Assembly: GCA_030827125.1 (NCBI GenBank)
Contig: JAURFD010000001.1
Location: forward strand, 19,258-83,257
Length of the DNA: 64,000 bases
Direction: 5' to 3'
DNA from: Candidatus Nanopelagicales bacterium
GTDB taxonomy: Bacteria > Actinomycetota > Actinomycetes > S36-B12
Shown piece by piece: positions 28,403-39,063 of the stretch. The first letter of the stretch is position 1. Each line of letters opens with the position of its first letter. The notes beneath the pieces are model-generated. The model saw only the letters and a program-made list of their open reading frames with translations. It had not been told where the DNA came from and searched no databases. The translations under genes were made by a program, and so were the position numbers.

Positions 28403-29575
28403 CTACAGGCCGAGGGTGCGCGCGATGACGAGCAGTTGCACCTCGCTCGCACCCTCGACTACCCGCAGCATGCGCAGGTGCCGCAACACGCGCTCGACCG
28501 GACCTTCGCGCATGAGGCCCATGCCTCCCATGGCCTGGACCGCGCGATCCGCCACCTCGTAGGCGTGCTCGGTGGCGGAGTACTTCACGATCGAGGCGTC
28601 GCCCATGATCGCGAGGGGATCGCCTTCGGTGTCCACGCGCCAGGCAAGGTGGTAGACCAGCCAGCGAATCGCCTCGATGTCGGCCTTGCTGCGCGCCAGC
28701 GGGAACGAGACCCCCTGGAACTTCGCGAGTGGCTTGCCGAACGCCGTGCGGGCCTGCGCATGCGCGACGGAACTCGACAGTGCGAACTCAGCAAGTCCGA
28801 GAGCTTGAGCGCCGATGTAGGCGCGGCCCGCGTTGAGGAAGGCCATGGCCTCCAGGAAGCCCATGCCTTCGGTACCGACCACATGGTCTGCGGGGATGCG
28901 GGCGTCGTCGAAGAAGAGTTCGGCGGGATGCGAGTCAGAGATGTTGTATTGCGTCTTGCCCACGCGGTATTGATCGCGCGGGACGACAAAAGCGGTGATG
29001 CCACCGGCCGCCCGCTTCTGCGGATCCGTGAGGGCGAAGACGAGCGCGAAGTCTGCATCGGCACCGTTGGTGATGTAGTGCTTGTGCCCGTTGATGACCC
29101 AGGAGTCGCCGTCGCGCACGGCGCGGGTGCGGATCGCTTGAGCGTCGCTGCCGGCCTCGGGTTCGGTAAGAGCGAAGCACATTGTGCGTTCGGCCCGGGC
29201 GACCGGGATGAGGTAGTCGGGCCACAGGTGTTCGGGGAGTTTGAGTAGCAGCGTCGACGGCCCCGCTGGGTTCGGCGGGGCGACCGCGGTCATGGCCAGG
29301 CGCATGCCGCTCGCCGCGGCGTCCTCGACCAGCAGTGTCGTCCCGAGGACGCTGAGGTCCTGTCCGCCGACGGATTCGGGGAGATAGGGGGCGTAGAACC
29401 CGGCCGCGGCGCTGAGTTGCCGGACCTCGTCCACCGCAGCGCGCGCCGCACCCTCCGATCCTGGCTCGGCGAAGGTGGGTGCCCATCGCTCCTCCAGAGG
29501 GCGTACCTCGCGCTGGAGGAACGACGCGAAGGACTCACGCAGGGCGGTGAGTTCGGCAGGAACGGCGAAGTCCAT
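28403..29575 (-). CDS. Acyl-CoA dehydrogenase
   Basis: FALTEPEAGSDA, NGHKHYITNG, EGASEVQ. Confidence 0.9.
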   Translation of the reverse strand: MDFAVPAELTALRESFASFLQREVRPLEERWAPTFAEPGSEGAARAAVDEVRQLSAAAGFYAPYLPESVGGQDLSVLGTTLLVEDAAASGMRLAMTAVAPPNPAGPSTLLLKLPEHLWPDYLIPVARAERTMCFALTEPEAGSDAQAIRTRAVRDGDSWVINGHKHYITNGADADFALVFALTDPQKRAAGGITAFVVPRDQYRVGKTQYNISDSHPAELFFDDARIPADHVVGTEGMGFLEAMAFLNAGRAYIGAQALGLAEFALSSSVAHAQARTAFGKPLAKFQGVSFPLARSKADIEAIRWLVYHLAWRVDTEGDPLAIMGDASIVKYSATEHAYEVADRAVQAMGGMGLMREGPVERVLRHLRMLRVVEGASEVQLLVIARTLGL

Positions 29576-29626
29576 GGGTCGATCCTGCCCTAGGGCGCAG
29601 GCCCCTGCTCGCGATACCGTCCGCCC

Positions 29627-31084
29627 ATGAGCCAGTCCCTGATCCCGGGTATCGACCCGAATGCCGTGACGCCTGTTCCGTTCCTGGGTGGCTGGACCAC
29701 CGGGGAGGCCTCCTCACCCGTGAATGCACCGTACGACGGGGCCCTCATCGGAAGTGTTCCGGCCCTCACCGCGGCTGACGTCGACGCCGCGGCGGCCTAC
29801 GCAAAAGAGGCGCTGCACCACCATCCGCTGCCGCAGTGGAAGCGCGCCGAGATCCTCGACCGTGCCGCCGAGCGGCTCGCGGCGCACCGGGAGACGTTCG
29901 CCCGGTGCATTGCGCTGGAGGCGGCCAAGCCGATTCGGACCGCGCGCGGTGAGGTCGATCGGGCGGTCAGCACCTTCCAGTTCTCCGCCGCGGTGGCGCG
30001 CACTCTCACGGGGGAGACCGTGCCGCTCGAGGCGGCCTCGGCCGGCGAAGGCAAGCTCGGATTCGTCATGCGCGTGCCGATCGGCGTCGTGGGGGCGATT
30101 GCGCCGTTCAATTTCCCGCTCAATCTCGTCGTGCACAAGGTCGGACCTGCGATCGCGGCGGGCTGCCCGGTGGTCATCAAGCCGGCCTCGCAGACGCCGT
30201 TCTCCACCATCCTCCTTGCGCGCATGCTGCTCGAAGAGTGCGAGCTGCCGGCGGGCTTCTTGCAGGTGACGACGGGTGGCGGTTCGACGGTCGGCAATGC
30301 GCTGGTCGACAACCCGGACATCGCGCTCATCACGTTTACCGGCTCGCCGCCGGTTGGTTGGGCTATCCGGTCGCGGGCACCGCACAAGCGAGTCGGCCTC
30401 GAACTCGGCAACAATGCGCCGGTCATCATCGACGCCGATGGTGATTGGGAGACGGCGGTGGCCAAGATTCGTCTCGCCGGTTTCGCGCATGCCGGCCAGT
30501 CATGCATCTCGACGCAGCGCGTGTTGGTCCACGAGTCGCTCGTGCAGCAGGTGGGCGCTGCGCTCAGCGAGGCGGTGGCGACGCTGGTCGTCGGCGATCC
30601 GCTGGACGAGGCCACCGAGGTGTCCTCCCTCATCTCCACGTCGGAGCGGGATCGCGTGAAGTCCTGGATCGATGAGGCCGTGGCGGACGGCGCCACGGTC
30701 TCATGCGGCGGCGACATTGGTGCGGACGGCGTTCTCCGACCGACGGTGATCGTTGATGCCAAGCCCGAGATGAATGTGTGCGCCCTCGAGGTGTTCGGTC
30801 CCGTCGTGGCGGTGCAAGGTTTCACCGACTTCGACGAGGCACTTCGCCTAGCGAACGACACGCGCTACGGCCTGCAGGCCGGTGTCTTCACGCGCGACAT
30901 CGACAAGGCGCTGCGCGCCGTGCGCACCCTGGACTTCGGTGGTGTGACCGTCAACGAGGTGCCGACCTGGCGTGCCGATCAAATGCCCTACGGCGGCCTC
31001 CGTGACTCGGGCAATACCCGGGAGGGTCCGGCGTACTCGGTGCGCGAGATGACCGAGGAGCGACTGGTCATCCTCAACGGCTGA
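29627..31084 (+). CDS. Aldehyde dehydrogenase
   Basis: PFNFP, FTGS, LELGNN, GQSCIS, EVFGPV. Confidence 0.9.
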   Translation: MSQSLIPGIDPNAVTPVPFLGGWTTGEASSPVNAPYDGALIGSVPALTAADVDAAAAYAKEALHHHPLPQWKRAEILDRAAERLAAHRETFARCIALEAAKPIRTARGEVDRAVSTFQFSAAVARTLTGETVPLEAASAGEGKLGFVMRVPIGVVGAIAPFNFPLNLVVHKVGPAIAAGCPVVIKPASQTPFSTILLARMLLEECELPAGFLQVTTGGGSTVGNALVDNPDIALITFTGSPPVGWAIRSRAPHKRVGLELGNNAPVIIDADGDWETAVAKIRLAGFAHAGQSCISTQRVLVHESLVQQVGAALSEAVATLVVGDPLDEATEVSSLISTSERDRVKSWIDEAVADGATVSCGGDIGADGVLRPTVIVDAKPEMNVCALEVFGPVVAVQGFTDFDEALRLANDTRYGLQAGVFTRDIDKALRAVRTLDFGGVTVNEVPTWRADQMPYGGLRDSGNTREGPAYSVREMTEERLVILNG

Positions 31085-31168
31085 CCGGGATCGCCCACGT
31101 TGTCTGGCACCTATGCGGGCTCGTGGCATGTCATGGCGGCGGATGCGGGAGACGCGTCCGCGGATGAA

Positions 31169-31489
31169 TCAGGCGTACGACGGTGCGCCCGCCTCGAGGG
31201 GGAGTCCGGCCACGCGCCAGGCCCCGGTGCCGCCCTCGACATTGGTCACGGTGATGCCGCGCTGGGCGAGGAACGCCGCGACCTGCCATGAGCGGGCGCC
31301 GCTCTCGCAGATGACAAAGACGTCACCCTTGGGAAGGTCCTGGATGCGGATCGGGATGGTCGCCATGGGGATGTTGATGGCCCCCGGGACGTGGCCCGCG
31401 GCGTACTCGTAGGGTTCGCGCACGTCGATGACGGCACCCTGGCTCAGTCGGCTGTGGAGATCGGCCACGGTCGTGGTCGTGATCTGCAT
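31169..31489 (-). CDS. Single-domain rhodanese
   Basis: IDVREPYEYAAGHVPGA, ICESGARS. Confidence 0.88.
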   Translation of the reverse strand: MQITTTTVADLHSRLSQGAVIDVREPYEYAAGHVPGAINIPMATIPIRIQDLPKGDVFVICESGARSWQVAAFLAQRGITVTNVEGGTGAWRVAGLPLEAGAPSYA

Positions 31490-31520
31490 CGTTGTCCTCC
31501 TCGTCGGTGAGGAGAGCAGC

Positions 31521-31536
31521 ATACCCCGGGGGGTAT
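31521..31536. promoter_or_regulatory. CsoR/CstR-family operator
   Basis: Palindrome ATACCCC-GG-GGGGTAT about 30 nt upstream of the rhodanese start. Confidence 0.7.
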
Positions 31537-31576
31537 ATAGATCGCCACTCGGGCCGACGCCGAAGCGCGGCCGAGC

Positions 31577-32992
31577 CTAGACGCTGGCGGCCTCGAGTTT
31601 GCCCATGTTTTCCAGCGTGACGCCCTTGGTCTCGCGGATGTATTTCATGACGAACGGGATGGACAAGATCGCGAAGACGGTGAAGATGCCGTAGGCCAGC
31701 CCGAGCGAGGTGCCGGCCAGTTCGGGGAAGGTCGTGGAGACGACGAAGTTCGCCATCCACTGGGCCGACGCTGCGACGGCGAGTGCGGCGGCGCGGAGGC
31801 GGTTGGGGAACATCTCGCCGAGGAGCACCCACACGACAGGCCCCCACGTCGCGGCGAAGAACGCGACGTAGAGGTTGAACGATATGAGCGCGACGACGTC
31901 GGGTCCATCGGCGAGCGTGGGCTGGCCGTCACTACCCACCGGGGCGGTGCCGAAGACGTAGGTGAGCGTGGCGAGTGTGAGCACCATGCCCGCGGAGCCA
32001 ACCAGGAGCAGTGGCTTGCGGCCGACGCGGTCGACCAGTGCGATCGCGACGATGGTGAAGATGACGTTGATGGCCGTCGTGATGAGCGAAGTCTGGAAGG
32101 CCTGCGATTCGGAGAATCCGACGGATTCCCAAATGGTGTTGGAGTAGTAGAAGACCGCGTTGATGCCGACGAACTGCTGGAAGACGCTCAGCAGGATGCC
32201 GATCCAGACGATCGGCATGAGCCCGAGCGAGCGACCGCGCAGGTCACTGAACCGCGGCTTGTGATCACCGGCGAGCGAGGTCTCGATGTCCTTGACGATC
32301 GGGGCCGGATCAATGGTGTAAATCGTTGCGAGCACGCGCGATGCCTTGGCCGGTTCGCCGATGGCGACGAGATAGCGGGGGGACTCGGGGATCCTCAGGA
32401 CGAGCAGCGCATAGACGATCGCGGGGATGATCATCGATAGGAACATCCACTGCCAGGCTTCGAGACCGAGGAGCCACTCGTTTCGGGCGTTGCCGCCCGC
32501 GGCCTGCAGGACGAGGTAGTTGACCAGGCTGGTCGCGAAGATGCCGATGACGATGGCGAACTGCTGCAGCGCACCCATGCGCCCGCGAATCTCCGCGGGA
32601 GCGATCTCGGCGATGTACATGGGTGCCATGACGCTGGCGACGCCGATGCCGGCGCCACCGAGGAAGCGCCAGAACATCAGGTCGGCGACGGCGAAGGGGA
32701 AGGCCTGCCCGATGGCGGCGATGAGGAAGAGGGCTGCGGCGATGAGCATGACGCGCTTGCGACCGAATCGGTCCGCCAGACTGCCGGAGAACCAGGCGCC
32801 GACTGCTGAGCCGATGAGCGCGATCGCGACGACGAAACCGATCATGAGATCGCTCAGACCGAAGATTGCCTTGATCGCCGAGGTGGCGCCGTTGATGACC
32901 GCGGAGTCATATCCGAAGAGGAAGCCGCCTAACGCGGCCGTGGCCGCGAGACCGACGACACGGCCGGTCCGATAGTCCTTCACGGTGCTCAT
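31577..32992 (-). CDS. Sugar porter family MFS transporter (GlcP-like)
   Basis: GGFLFGYDSAVING, DRFGRK, PESPRYL, QQFVGINAVFYY, ETKG. Confidence 0.92.
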   Translation of the reverse strand: MSTVKDYRTGRVVGLAATAALGGFLFGYDSAVINGATSAIKAIFGLSDLMIGFVVAIALIGSAVGAWFSGSLADRFGRKRVMLIAAALFLIAAIGQAFPFAVADLMFWRFLGGAGIGVASVMAPMYIAEIAPAEIRGRMGALQQFAIVIGIFATSLVNYLVLQAAGGNARNEWLLGLEAWQWMFLSMIIPAIVYALLVLRIPESPRYLVAIGEPAKASRVLATIYTIDPAPIVKDIETSLAGDHKPRFSDLRGRSLGLMPIVWIGILLSVFQQFVGINAVFYYSNTIWESVGFSESQAFQTSLITTAINVIFTIVAIALVDRVGRKPLLLVGSAGMVLTLATLTYVFGTAPVGSDGQPTLADGPDVVALISFNLYVAFFAATWGPVVWVLLGEMFPNRLRAAALAVAASAQWMANFVVSTTFPELAGTSLGLAYGIFTVFAILSIPFVMKYIRETKGVTLENMGKLEAASV

Positions 32993-33090
32993 GGGCCCTC
33001 CTCAGCGTGGTGAGGTGAACGTTACGACCGTGATGGGCGTGACGGAGGGGTTTTGCTGGCTCTCGTCACGGGAGCGGAGAGTGCCGCCGG

Positions 33091-35802
33091 CTATCGGCCG
33101 GTCTGCGTGATCGTGCTGCCCTCACCGGGCCGACCTGGGATGACGTCGATCCGGTCATGTACCCATTCCTTCATCTCGGTGACGTGGCTGATTACGCCGA
33201 CGGTGCGCCCCCGCGAGCGAAGGGCATCGAGCTGGTCGAGGACGACCGACAAGGTTTCCTGGTCGAGGGAGCCGAACCCCTCATCGACGAACAGGGTCTC
33301 CAGCGTCAGGCCACCGGACTCCTCGCGGACGACGTCAGCGAGGCCGAGGGCCAACGACAGGGAGGCGTAGAAGGTTTCGCCTCCGGACAGGCTCGATGGG
33401 TCCTGAGGCCGGCCGCTCCAGGCGTCGACCACGTCGATGCCGAGTCCGGTCTTGGCGCCGTGCGAAGCGGTCTCGTCGAGGGTGAACGTGAACTTGCCGC
33501 TGCTCATGCGCTCAAGGTGCGCAGAGGCCGCGTCGAGCACCGCCGCGAATCGGCGTTGTACGGCGTAGGCCTTGAGCATGAGATTGCGATCGTTGGCCGA
33601 GCCCTTTGCCGCGGTGACGAGCGCGCTGAGGTTGATGATGGGCGTGGTGCGCTGGACGACAGCCTCGGCCGCGGTGCGGGCATCGTGCCATCGCTGGACG
33701 AGGACGTCGATCGCCGCACAGGCGGACGTGACCTGGTGGTGGCGTGCCTGGAGGTCCTTCAGGGCGTCATCGGCCTGCCGGCGAATCTGCACTGCCTCAG
33801 CCACTCGAGCCTGCGCGGTCGACACGTCGATGGTTGCGGAGGAGGCTGCGCTGAACTCGTGCGCCGCGAGCAACTCCTCCAACACCACGGCCGCGCGCTC
33901 CAGTGCAGTCAGCGCGGCGGTCGCCGTCGTGTCCGGACCAACGGCGGCGATGACGGCGACCTGCTCGGCGGCCACACGCTCGGCGGATTCCTGCTCACGT
34001 GTCAAAGCGACGGCCTCGACCGTCACCGCTGACTCCACCGCTGCGGTAAGCGTCTCTCCTTCTTTTTCGAGGGCAGCTCGGGCGAGTTCGGCGGCCGTCA
34101 GCCCGGCCGCCTGAGCTGTCACCGCCGTGAGGTGATCGAGTGCCTGGCGCAGCTCGCTCTCGATGGTCGCCGGATCGACGTCACCAAGTTTGGCCCGCGC
34201 CGCGGCCTCCTGGGTGTTGGCATCCTGAACTCGCCGTTGGGCCTCGGCGTGATGCGCGGCCGCGGCCGCCTCGCGACCTTCCGCTGCATCGACCGCGGCT
34301 TCGCTCTGCGCGACCTGGTCGTCGGTGATCAGGCCTTCGTCCGGTGCCCGGGCCGGCTGGGGATGGTGTGTCGAGCCGCAGACCGGGCACGGTTGATCGT
34401 TGTGGAGGAGACCGGCCAGATGCGCAGCGCGTTGTTCGAGTTGACTGCGCAGCAGTGAGCTGGCTTCCTGCCGGGAGGCATACAACGCCTTGCGCTCCGC
34501 CTCAAGCGCGGTGCCCGCGGCCGCTTCGCTCCGGCGGGCGGCGTCGAGAGCGGTCCGTGCCTGCTCGAGTTCAGTGGCGGCCGCGCGGAGGGCGGTGAGC
34601 GCGTCGACGGCCGTCTGAGCCAAGGGTGCCGCTGCGGCCGAGCGGGCAGCAACGTCGACGGCTTCGTCGGCTGCAATGCGGCGCGCGGGCAGGGTGGCAC
34701 TCTGCTCGCGCAGGTCGGCAAGGGTCGCCCGGGCGCTGCGCACGGCTTCGGCGAGGGTCGCCGCGTGTGCCCGGCGTTCGGGCTCGGCCGCTTCCCAGTC
34801 GGCGAGCGGTATCAATCGCTCCCGCTGAGCAGTGAGTTCCTGCTGCTTGGCGCGCAGTGCCTCGGGGTTCAGGGTCGCCCAGGTGGGATCGAAGGCCGCT
34901 GCCGCCTCCCGCGCAGAGGTCAGTCGGGCGAGGGCACCCACATAGTCACGGGCTGCCGTGAGCGACTGTTCGGCAAGTGTCGCCGCGGTGCGGGCGGCTT
35001 CGGCTCGCTGCTCACATGTGGCGACCTCCTGGCTGAGAAGGGCGGCGCGCTCGGCCAGCGTGGTCTGGAGGGTCGTGATCGCCTCGGCGTCGAGCGGCAT
35101 CACGCTGTCGTCGTCAATGAGGTCGGCATCGGCTTCGCGGATGCGTTCGCGCAGAACGCCCAGAATGTCGTTGGCGTCCCGCAGTGCCGCGGCACGAGCC
35201 TCAGCGGCCGCATCAGCGTTTTGCTTCAACTCGTCTTGCACGCGGGCCAGGAAACCGTCGTCGATGAGACTGGCCAGGGCGTCGTAACGATCGCTGGGCT
35301 TGGCGCGCAGCAGGGCGGCAAATTCACCCTGGGGCAGCACCACCAGGCGACGGAACTGGTGGACGTCGAGCCCGGTGCGTTCGGCGATATAGGCGCCGAT
35401 CTCTTTGGCTTCGCGCATGGGGGGTGTCATGCCGTCGTCATGGACGAGAAGGGTCTGGGCGGCCCGCTCCTGTGTCGTGCCTTCACCGCGGGCCTTGGCT
35501 CGCTCGTAGGGCGGATTGCGGGTGATGGTGTGCCGCACCCCAGCGACGCTGAACTCCAGCACAACCTCGGTCGGTTCGTTGGGCTCGCAGAGCAGGCTGC
35601 GCATGCGTCCGTGATCGACCCCGGTCTGACCGGTCAGGGAGCCATAGAGCGCGAACACGATCGCGTCGATGATCGTGCTCTTCCCGGCTCCTGTCGGACC
35701 TTCGATCAGGAACAGACCCGAGGCGGACACGGCGTCGAAGTCGATCTGCTGCGTATGCCGGAAGGGTCCGACACCGGTCAACGTCAGTGCATGGAACCTC
35801 AC
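33091..35802 (-). CDS. sbcC: SbcC / Rad50-like SMC ATPase
   Basis: GPTGAGKST, LPQGEF, CPVCG hook, LSGGE, FVDEGFGSLD. Confidence 0.9.
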   Translation of the reverse strand: MRFHALTLTGVGPFRHTQQIDFDAVSASGLFLIEGPTGAGKSTIIDAIVFALYGSLTGQTGVDHGRMRSLLCEPNEPTEVVLEFSVAGVRHTITRNPPYERAKARGEGTTQERAAQTLLVHDDGMTPPMREAKEIGAYIAERTGLDVHQFRRLVVLPQGEFAALLRAKPSDRYDALASLIDDGFLARVQDELKQNADAAAEARAAALRDANDILGVLRERIREADADLIDDDSVMPLDAEAITTLQTTLAERAALLSQEVATCEQRAEAARTAATLAEQSLTAARDYVGALARLTSAREAAAAFDPTWATLNPEALRAKQQELTAQRERLIPLADWEAAEPERRAHAATLAEAVRSARATLADLREQSATLPARRIAADEAVDVAARSAAAAPLAQTAVDALTALRAAATELEQARTALDAARRSEAAAGTALEAERKALYASRQEASSLLRSQLEQRAAHLAGLLHNDQPCPVCGSTHHPQPARAPDEGLITDDQVAQSEAAVDAAEGREAAAAAHHAEAQRRVQDANTQEAAARAKLGDVDPATIESELRQALDHLTAVTAQAAGLTAAELARAALEKEGETLTAAVESAVTVEAVALTREQESAERVAAEQVAVIAAVGPDTTATAALTALERAAVVLEELLAAHEFSAASSATIDVSTAQARVAEAVQIRRQADDALKDLQARHHQVTSACAAIDVLVQRWHDARTAAEAVVQRTTPIINLSALVTAAKGSANDRNLMLKAYAVQRRFAAVLDAASAHLERMSSGKFTFTLDETASHGAKTGLGIDVVDAWSGRPQDPSSLSGGETFYASLSLALGLADVVREESGGLTLETLFVDEGFGSLDQETLSVVLDQLDALRSRGRTVGVISHVTEMKEWVHDRIDVIPGRPGEGSTITQTGR

Positions 35803-36965
35803 GACGAGATCTCCGCGATGCGCACGTGCTCGATGGCCTCGCGCAGTAGTGCCTGATCGGTCGGCAGGGCGGCGCTCCCCGTGACGTGCTCGATGAAGGA
35901 CTCGGCAATGGCGAGTGGATCACTGGTGGGTCGGCCGTCGGGGTCCAGCGCTTCAACGCGGCTCGACGCACGATGCTCGAAGGTCAACTCGACGAGGTAG
36001 GGCAGATGAGCATGTAGTCGGTCGAAAGAGTTGTCGGGGCGGCGCTCGTCGATGAGGTGCACGCGCACCCAGGAGTCGGCACTGGCCTCCAGTCGCGGAT
36101 CGACGAGCAGCTCCGCCAAGGTCCCGGTCAGGCTGACAAGGGGGCGAGGGACGGGCGCCTCAATGCGTTCAACCATCACCGGTCCGTCGGGCGGGATCTG
36201 CAGGATGCTGACTGACTTGCGGTGCTTCTCCTCGGAAAACGAATAGGCCAGGGGGGAGCCGCTATAGGTAACGACGTCCTCGCTCGTGCCGGTCGAGAGT
36301 TGTTGGGCCCCATGCAAGTGCCCCAGCGTGACCACGTCGACCCCTTTCAGAACCGACCACGGGGCATCGCCGACGCCGCCGACGCGCAGATCCCGCTCCG
36401 AATCGCTGACGAGGGTGTCGCCGCCGCCGGTGATGAACGCATGGGCAGCGACCAGGGATCGCACGCCCGGCCGCTCGGCCAGGTCTGCGCGTACGCGATC
36501 CATGGCGGCCCCGAGCACGGCGGCGTGCGAGCGTTCTGCTCCCAGCGCCTCCCGGTGAAGGTCCGGCTCAAGGTAGGGGATGCCGTATGCCGCCAGCTCT
36601 ACCCCGTCGCGACCGTGCACCAGAACCGGGTCGGCGATGGTGTCGAGCGCGGTGCGCAGGTGCAGACCGGACCGCGCCAGAAGTGAACCGGCGAAGCCGA
36701 GCCTGGTCGGCGAGTCATGGTTGCCGGAGGTGACGAGGAGCGGACAGGTGCGCGTCAGCCCGATGACGGCTTCCTCCCACAGGGCGACCGCCGGCAGGGG
36801 AGGGACCGCTCGGTCGTAGACATCGCCGGCGACGACCACAAGTTCGATCTCCTGTGTCGCGACGAGGTCAACCAACCACTGCACGAAGGCGCGCTGATGA
36901 TCAAGGACATCGGATCCGTGAAAGGAACGGCCCAGGTGCCAATCGGAGGTGTGGAGAACGCGCAC
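35799..36965 (-). CDS. sbcD: SbcD / Mre11-like nuclease
   Basis: HTSDWHLG, AGDVYD, GNHD, LGHLH, YSGSP. Confidence 0.92.
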   Translation of the reverse strand: MRVLHTSDWHLGRSFHGSDVLDHQRAFVQWLVDLVATQEIELVVVAGDVYDRAVPPLPAVALWEEAVIGLTRTCPLLVTSGNHDSPTRLGFAGSLLARSGLHLRTALDTIADPVLVHGRDGVELAAYGIPYLEPDLHREALGAERSHAAVLGAAMDRVRADLAERPGVRSLVAAHAFITGGGDTLVSDSERDLRVGGVGDAPWSVLKGVDVVTLGHLHGAQQLSTGTSEDVVTYSGSPLAYSFSEEKHRKSVSILQIPPDGPVMVERIEAPVPRPLVSLTGTLAELLVDPRLEASADSWVRVHLIDERRPDNSFDRLHAHLPYLVELTFEHRASSRVEALDPDGRPTSDPLAIAESFIEHVTGSAALPTDQALLREAIEHVRIAEISS

Positions 36966-37012
36966 CCCGGCAGGCTAACGCGGTTCCCTGACAGCGCCGA
37001 TACGCTCGCCGG

Positions 37013-37789
37013 GTGACCACGTATGACGAGGCGGTTGATGTCCGTGATGGCTCCTGGGAGGTGCCGGAGGGCTGGCTCCAGGGCCGCGGAACCTGGGGTG
37101 GCCTGCTCGCGGCGGGGATCATTCGCGCGGCGGCGGCCGCCGAGGGGCGTGGCTTGCCGCTTCGGGAGGTCTCCGTGCACATGGTGGGCCCGCTGCCGGC
37201 TGGCCCGGCAGGGGTCTCGACGACCCTGGTTCGCCAAGGCTCAGCGACGTCCGTCTGGCAGGTCGCGGTCGCTGGGGAGGAGACCTGGGCCGTCGGCACG
37301 GCGGTCTTCGGTGGGCCGCGCGCTGCCAACTTCACGCCGACGGTGGACCTGGTGATGCCGAAGGCGCCGGAGTGGGCCGCCTGTGATGTGGTCGCCATCG
37401 GTCCGCCGATCGCTCCGGAGTTCTTGCAGCACCTGGCACTGCGGCCCATCTCCGGCTTGCCATATTCGGGCGGCGCCGATCCGGTGATGGCGTGGCTGGC
37501 GCCCGCGAAGCCGCCGACGACGTACGACGAGGGCCTCCTCGTCGGGCTCATCGATGCGATGTGGCCCGCGTCCTTGGTGCAGGTGTCGACTCCGCGGCCC
37601 ATGGCCACGTTGAGTTTCAGTGCCACGCTTTTGGTCGACCCGGCCACCGTGGACCCGCAGGTGCCGCTGCTGCATCACGGACGCTTGCTCGGCTACGCCG
37701 ATGGCTACGCGACGGAAACGCGAGAATTATGGACCGCTGACGGGCGACTTGCGGTCCACAACACCCAGGTCATCACCGTCATCAAATAA
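37013..37789 (+). CDS. TesB-like double-hotdog thioesterase
   Basis: WLQGRGTWGG, DAMWP, ELWTADGRL. Confidence 0.78.
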   Translation: MTTYDEAVDVRDGSWEVPEGWLQGRGTWGGLLAAGIIRAAAAAEGRGLPLREVSVHMVGPLPAGPAGVSTTLVRQGSATSVWQVAVAGEETWAVGTAVFGGPRAANFTPTVDLVMPKAPEWAACDVVAIGPPIAPEFLQHLALRPISGLPYSGGADPVMAWLAPAKPPTTYDEGLLVGLIDAMWPASLVQVSTPRPMATLSFSATLLVDPATVDPQVPLLHHGRLLGYADGYATETRELWTADGRLAVHNTQVITVIK

Positions 37790-37816
37790 CGGCGGGCATC
37801 ACGTCAGGGCGAGGGG

Positions 37817-38965
37817 ATGGGCATGGCAACAGGCACAGGACCGCTGGCAGGACTGCGCTTCGTTGAGATGGCGGGGATTGGACCGGCGCCGTTCGCCGCC
37901 ATGGTGCTTGCTGATTTGGGAGCCCAGGGTGTGCGCATCGAATCCCCTCGACCCGGACTGACCCTCGGTGATCCGGCGCGTGACATCACCCGCCGGGGGC
38001 GCGACGTCGTCGTGGTGGACGTACGGCACGACGACGGACGCGAACTCGTGCTCAGCCTTATCGAGTCCGCCGACCTGCTCATCGAGGGCTTCCGCCCCGG
38101 CGTGATGGAGCGGCTCGGACTGGCGCCGCGGGCGTGCCTGGAACGTCGTCCGTCCCTGGTCTTCGGGCGGATGACGGGCTGGGGCCAGGACGGTCCGTGG
38201 GCCCGGACGGCGGGGCACGACCTCGATTACGTCGCGATTGCCGGCGTGCTTGCGCACATCGCGCGTCGGGGGCAGACGCCGACACCCCCGCTCAATCTCG
38301 TGGGTGACTATGGGGGCGGGGCCATGCTGCTCCTCGTCGGGGTCCTCGCGGCACTGTGGGAGGCACAGCGCTCCGGAGTGGGTCAGGTGGTCGATGCCGC
38401 CATGGTCGATGGCGCCGCACTGCTCATGTCGCTGTTTCATTCGATGACTGCGCAGGGCATGTGGCAGTTAGAGGCCGGTGTCAACCTGCTGGATTCCGGA
38501 GCGCCGTTCTATGACGTCTACAGAACGGCCGATGACGGCTATCTCGCGGTGGGCTGCCTCGAGCCAGCCTTCTACGCCGAATGGCTGCGTATTGCGGATC
38601 TGGCTAATGCGGACCTGCCGCCGCAGTATGACGTGACGCAGTGGCCGAGATTGCGGGAGGAGTTTGCGCGCGTTGTTGCGATGCGCACACGTGAGGAATG
38701 GGCGACCATCGCCGACGGCACCGATGCGTGCGTTGCACCTGTACTCACGATGGCGGAGGCGCCGATGCACAAGCACCTGGCGTCGCGTGGCACCTTCGTC
38801 GAGGTCGATGGTCTGGTCCAGGCGGCGCCTGCACCGCGCTTCGATCGGACAACGGTCGGCGCGGTGGCGTCTATCCCGGCGACGTCATCGCCGGTGTCGC
38901 TGACCGCCTGGGGCATCGACGAGACACGCATCGCTGACCTGACCCAACGCAGCATCCTGTCCTGA
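37817..38965 (+). CDS. CaiB/BaiF CoA-transferase (alpha-methylacyl-CoA racemase-like)
   Basis: GIGPAPF, EGFRPGVMERLGL, GHDLDY, NLVGDYGGG. Confidence 0.9.
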   Translation: MGMATGTGPLAGLRFVEMAGIGPAPFAAMVLADLGAQGVRIESPRPGLTLGDPARDITRRGRDVVVVDVRHDDGRELVLSLIESADLLIEGFRPGVMERLGLAPRACLERRPSLVFGRMTGWGQDGPWARTAGHDLDYVAIAGVLAHIARRGQTPTPPLNLVGDYGGGAMLLLVGVLAALWEAQRSGVGQVVDAAMVDGAALLMSLFHSMTAQGMWQLEAGVNLLDSGAPFYDVYRTADDGYLAVGCLEPAFYAEWLRIADLANADLPPQYDVTQWPRLREEFARVVAMRTREEWATIADGTDACVAPVLTMAEAPMHKHLASRGTFVEVDGLVQAAPAPRFDRTTVGAVASIPATSSPVSLTAWGIDETRIADLTQRSILS

Positions 38966-38968
38966 CCC

Positions 38969-39036
38969 TCCCGCGAGTGCGCACCTGCGCACGGGTTTTG
39001 CCCGGCATGGGCGTCCACAAGTGAGCACTCGCGGGG
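38969..39036. repeat. REP-like imperfect palindrome
   Basis: CCCGCGAGTGC ... GCACTCGCGGG arms directly after the stop codon. Confidence 0.65.
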
Positions 39037-39063
39037 GGATGACGGCGCTAGGGTGATGAGGCC

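Noticed and set aside
33091-36965. SMC ATPase plus nuclease as an anti-plasmid or anti-phage system
   Set aside because: Canonical sbcD-sbcC pair with zinc hook; no jet, kleisin or other defence partner genes
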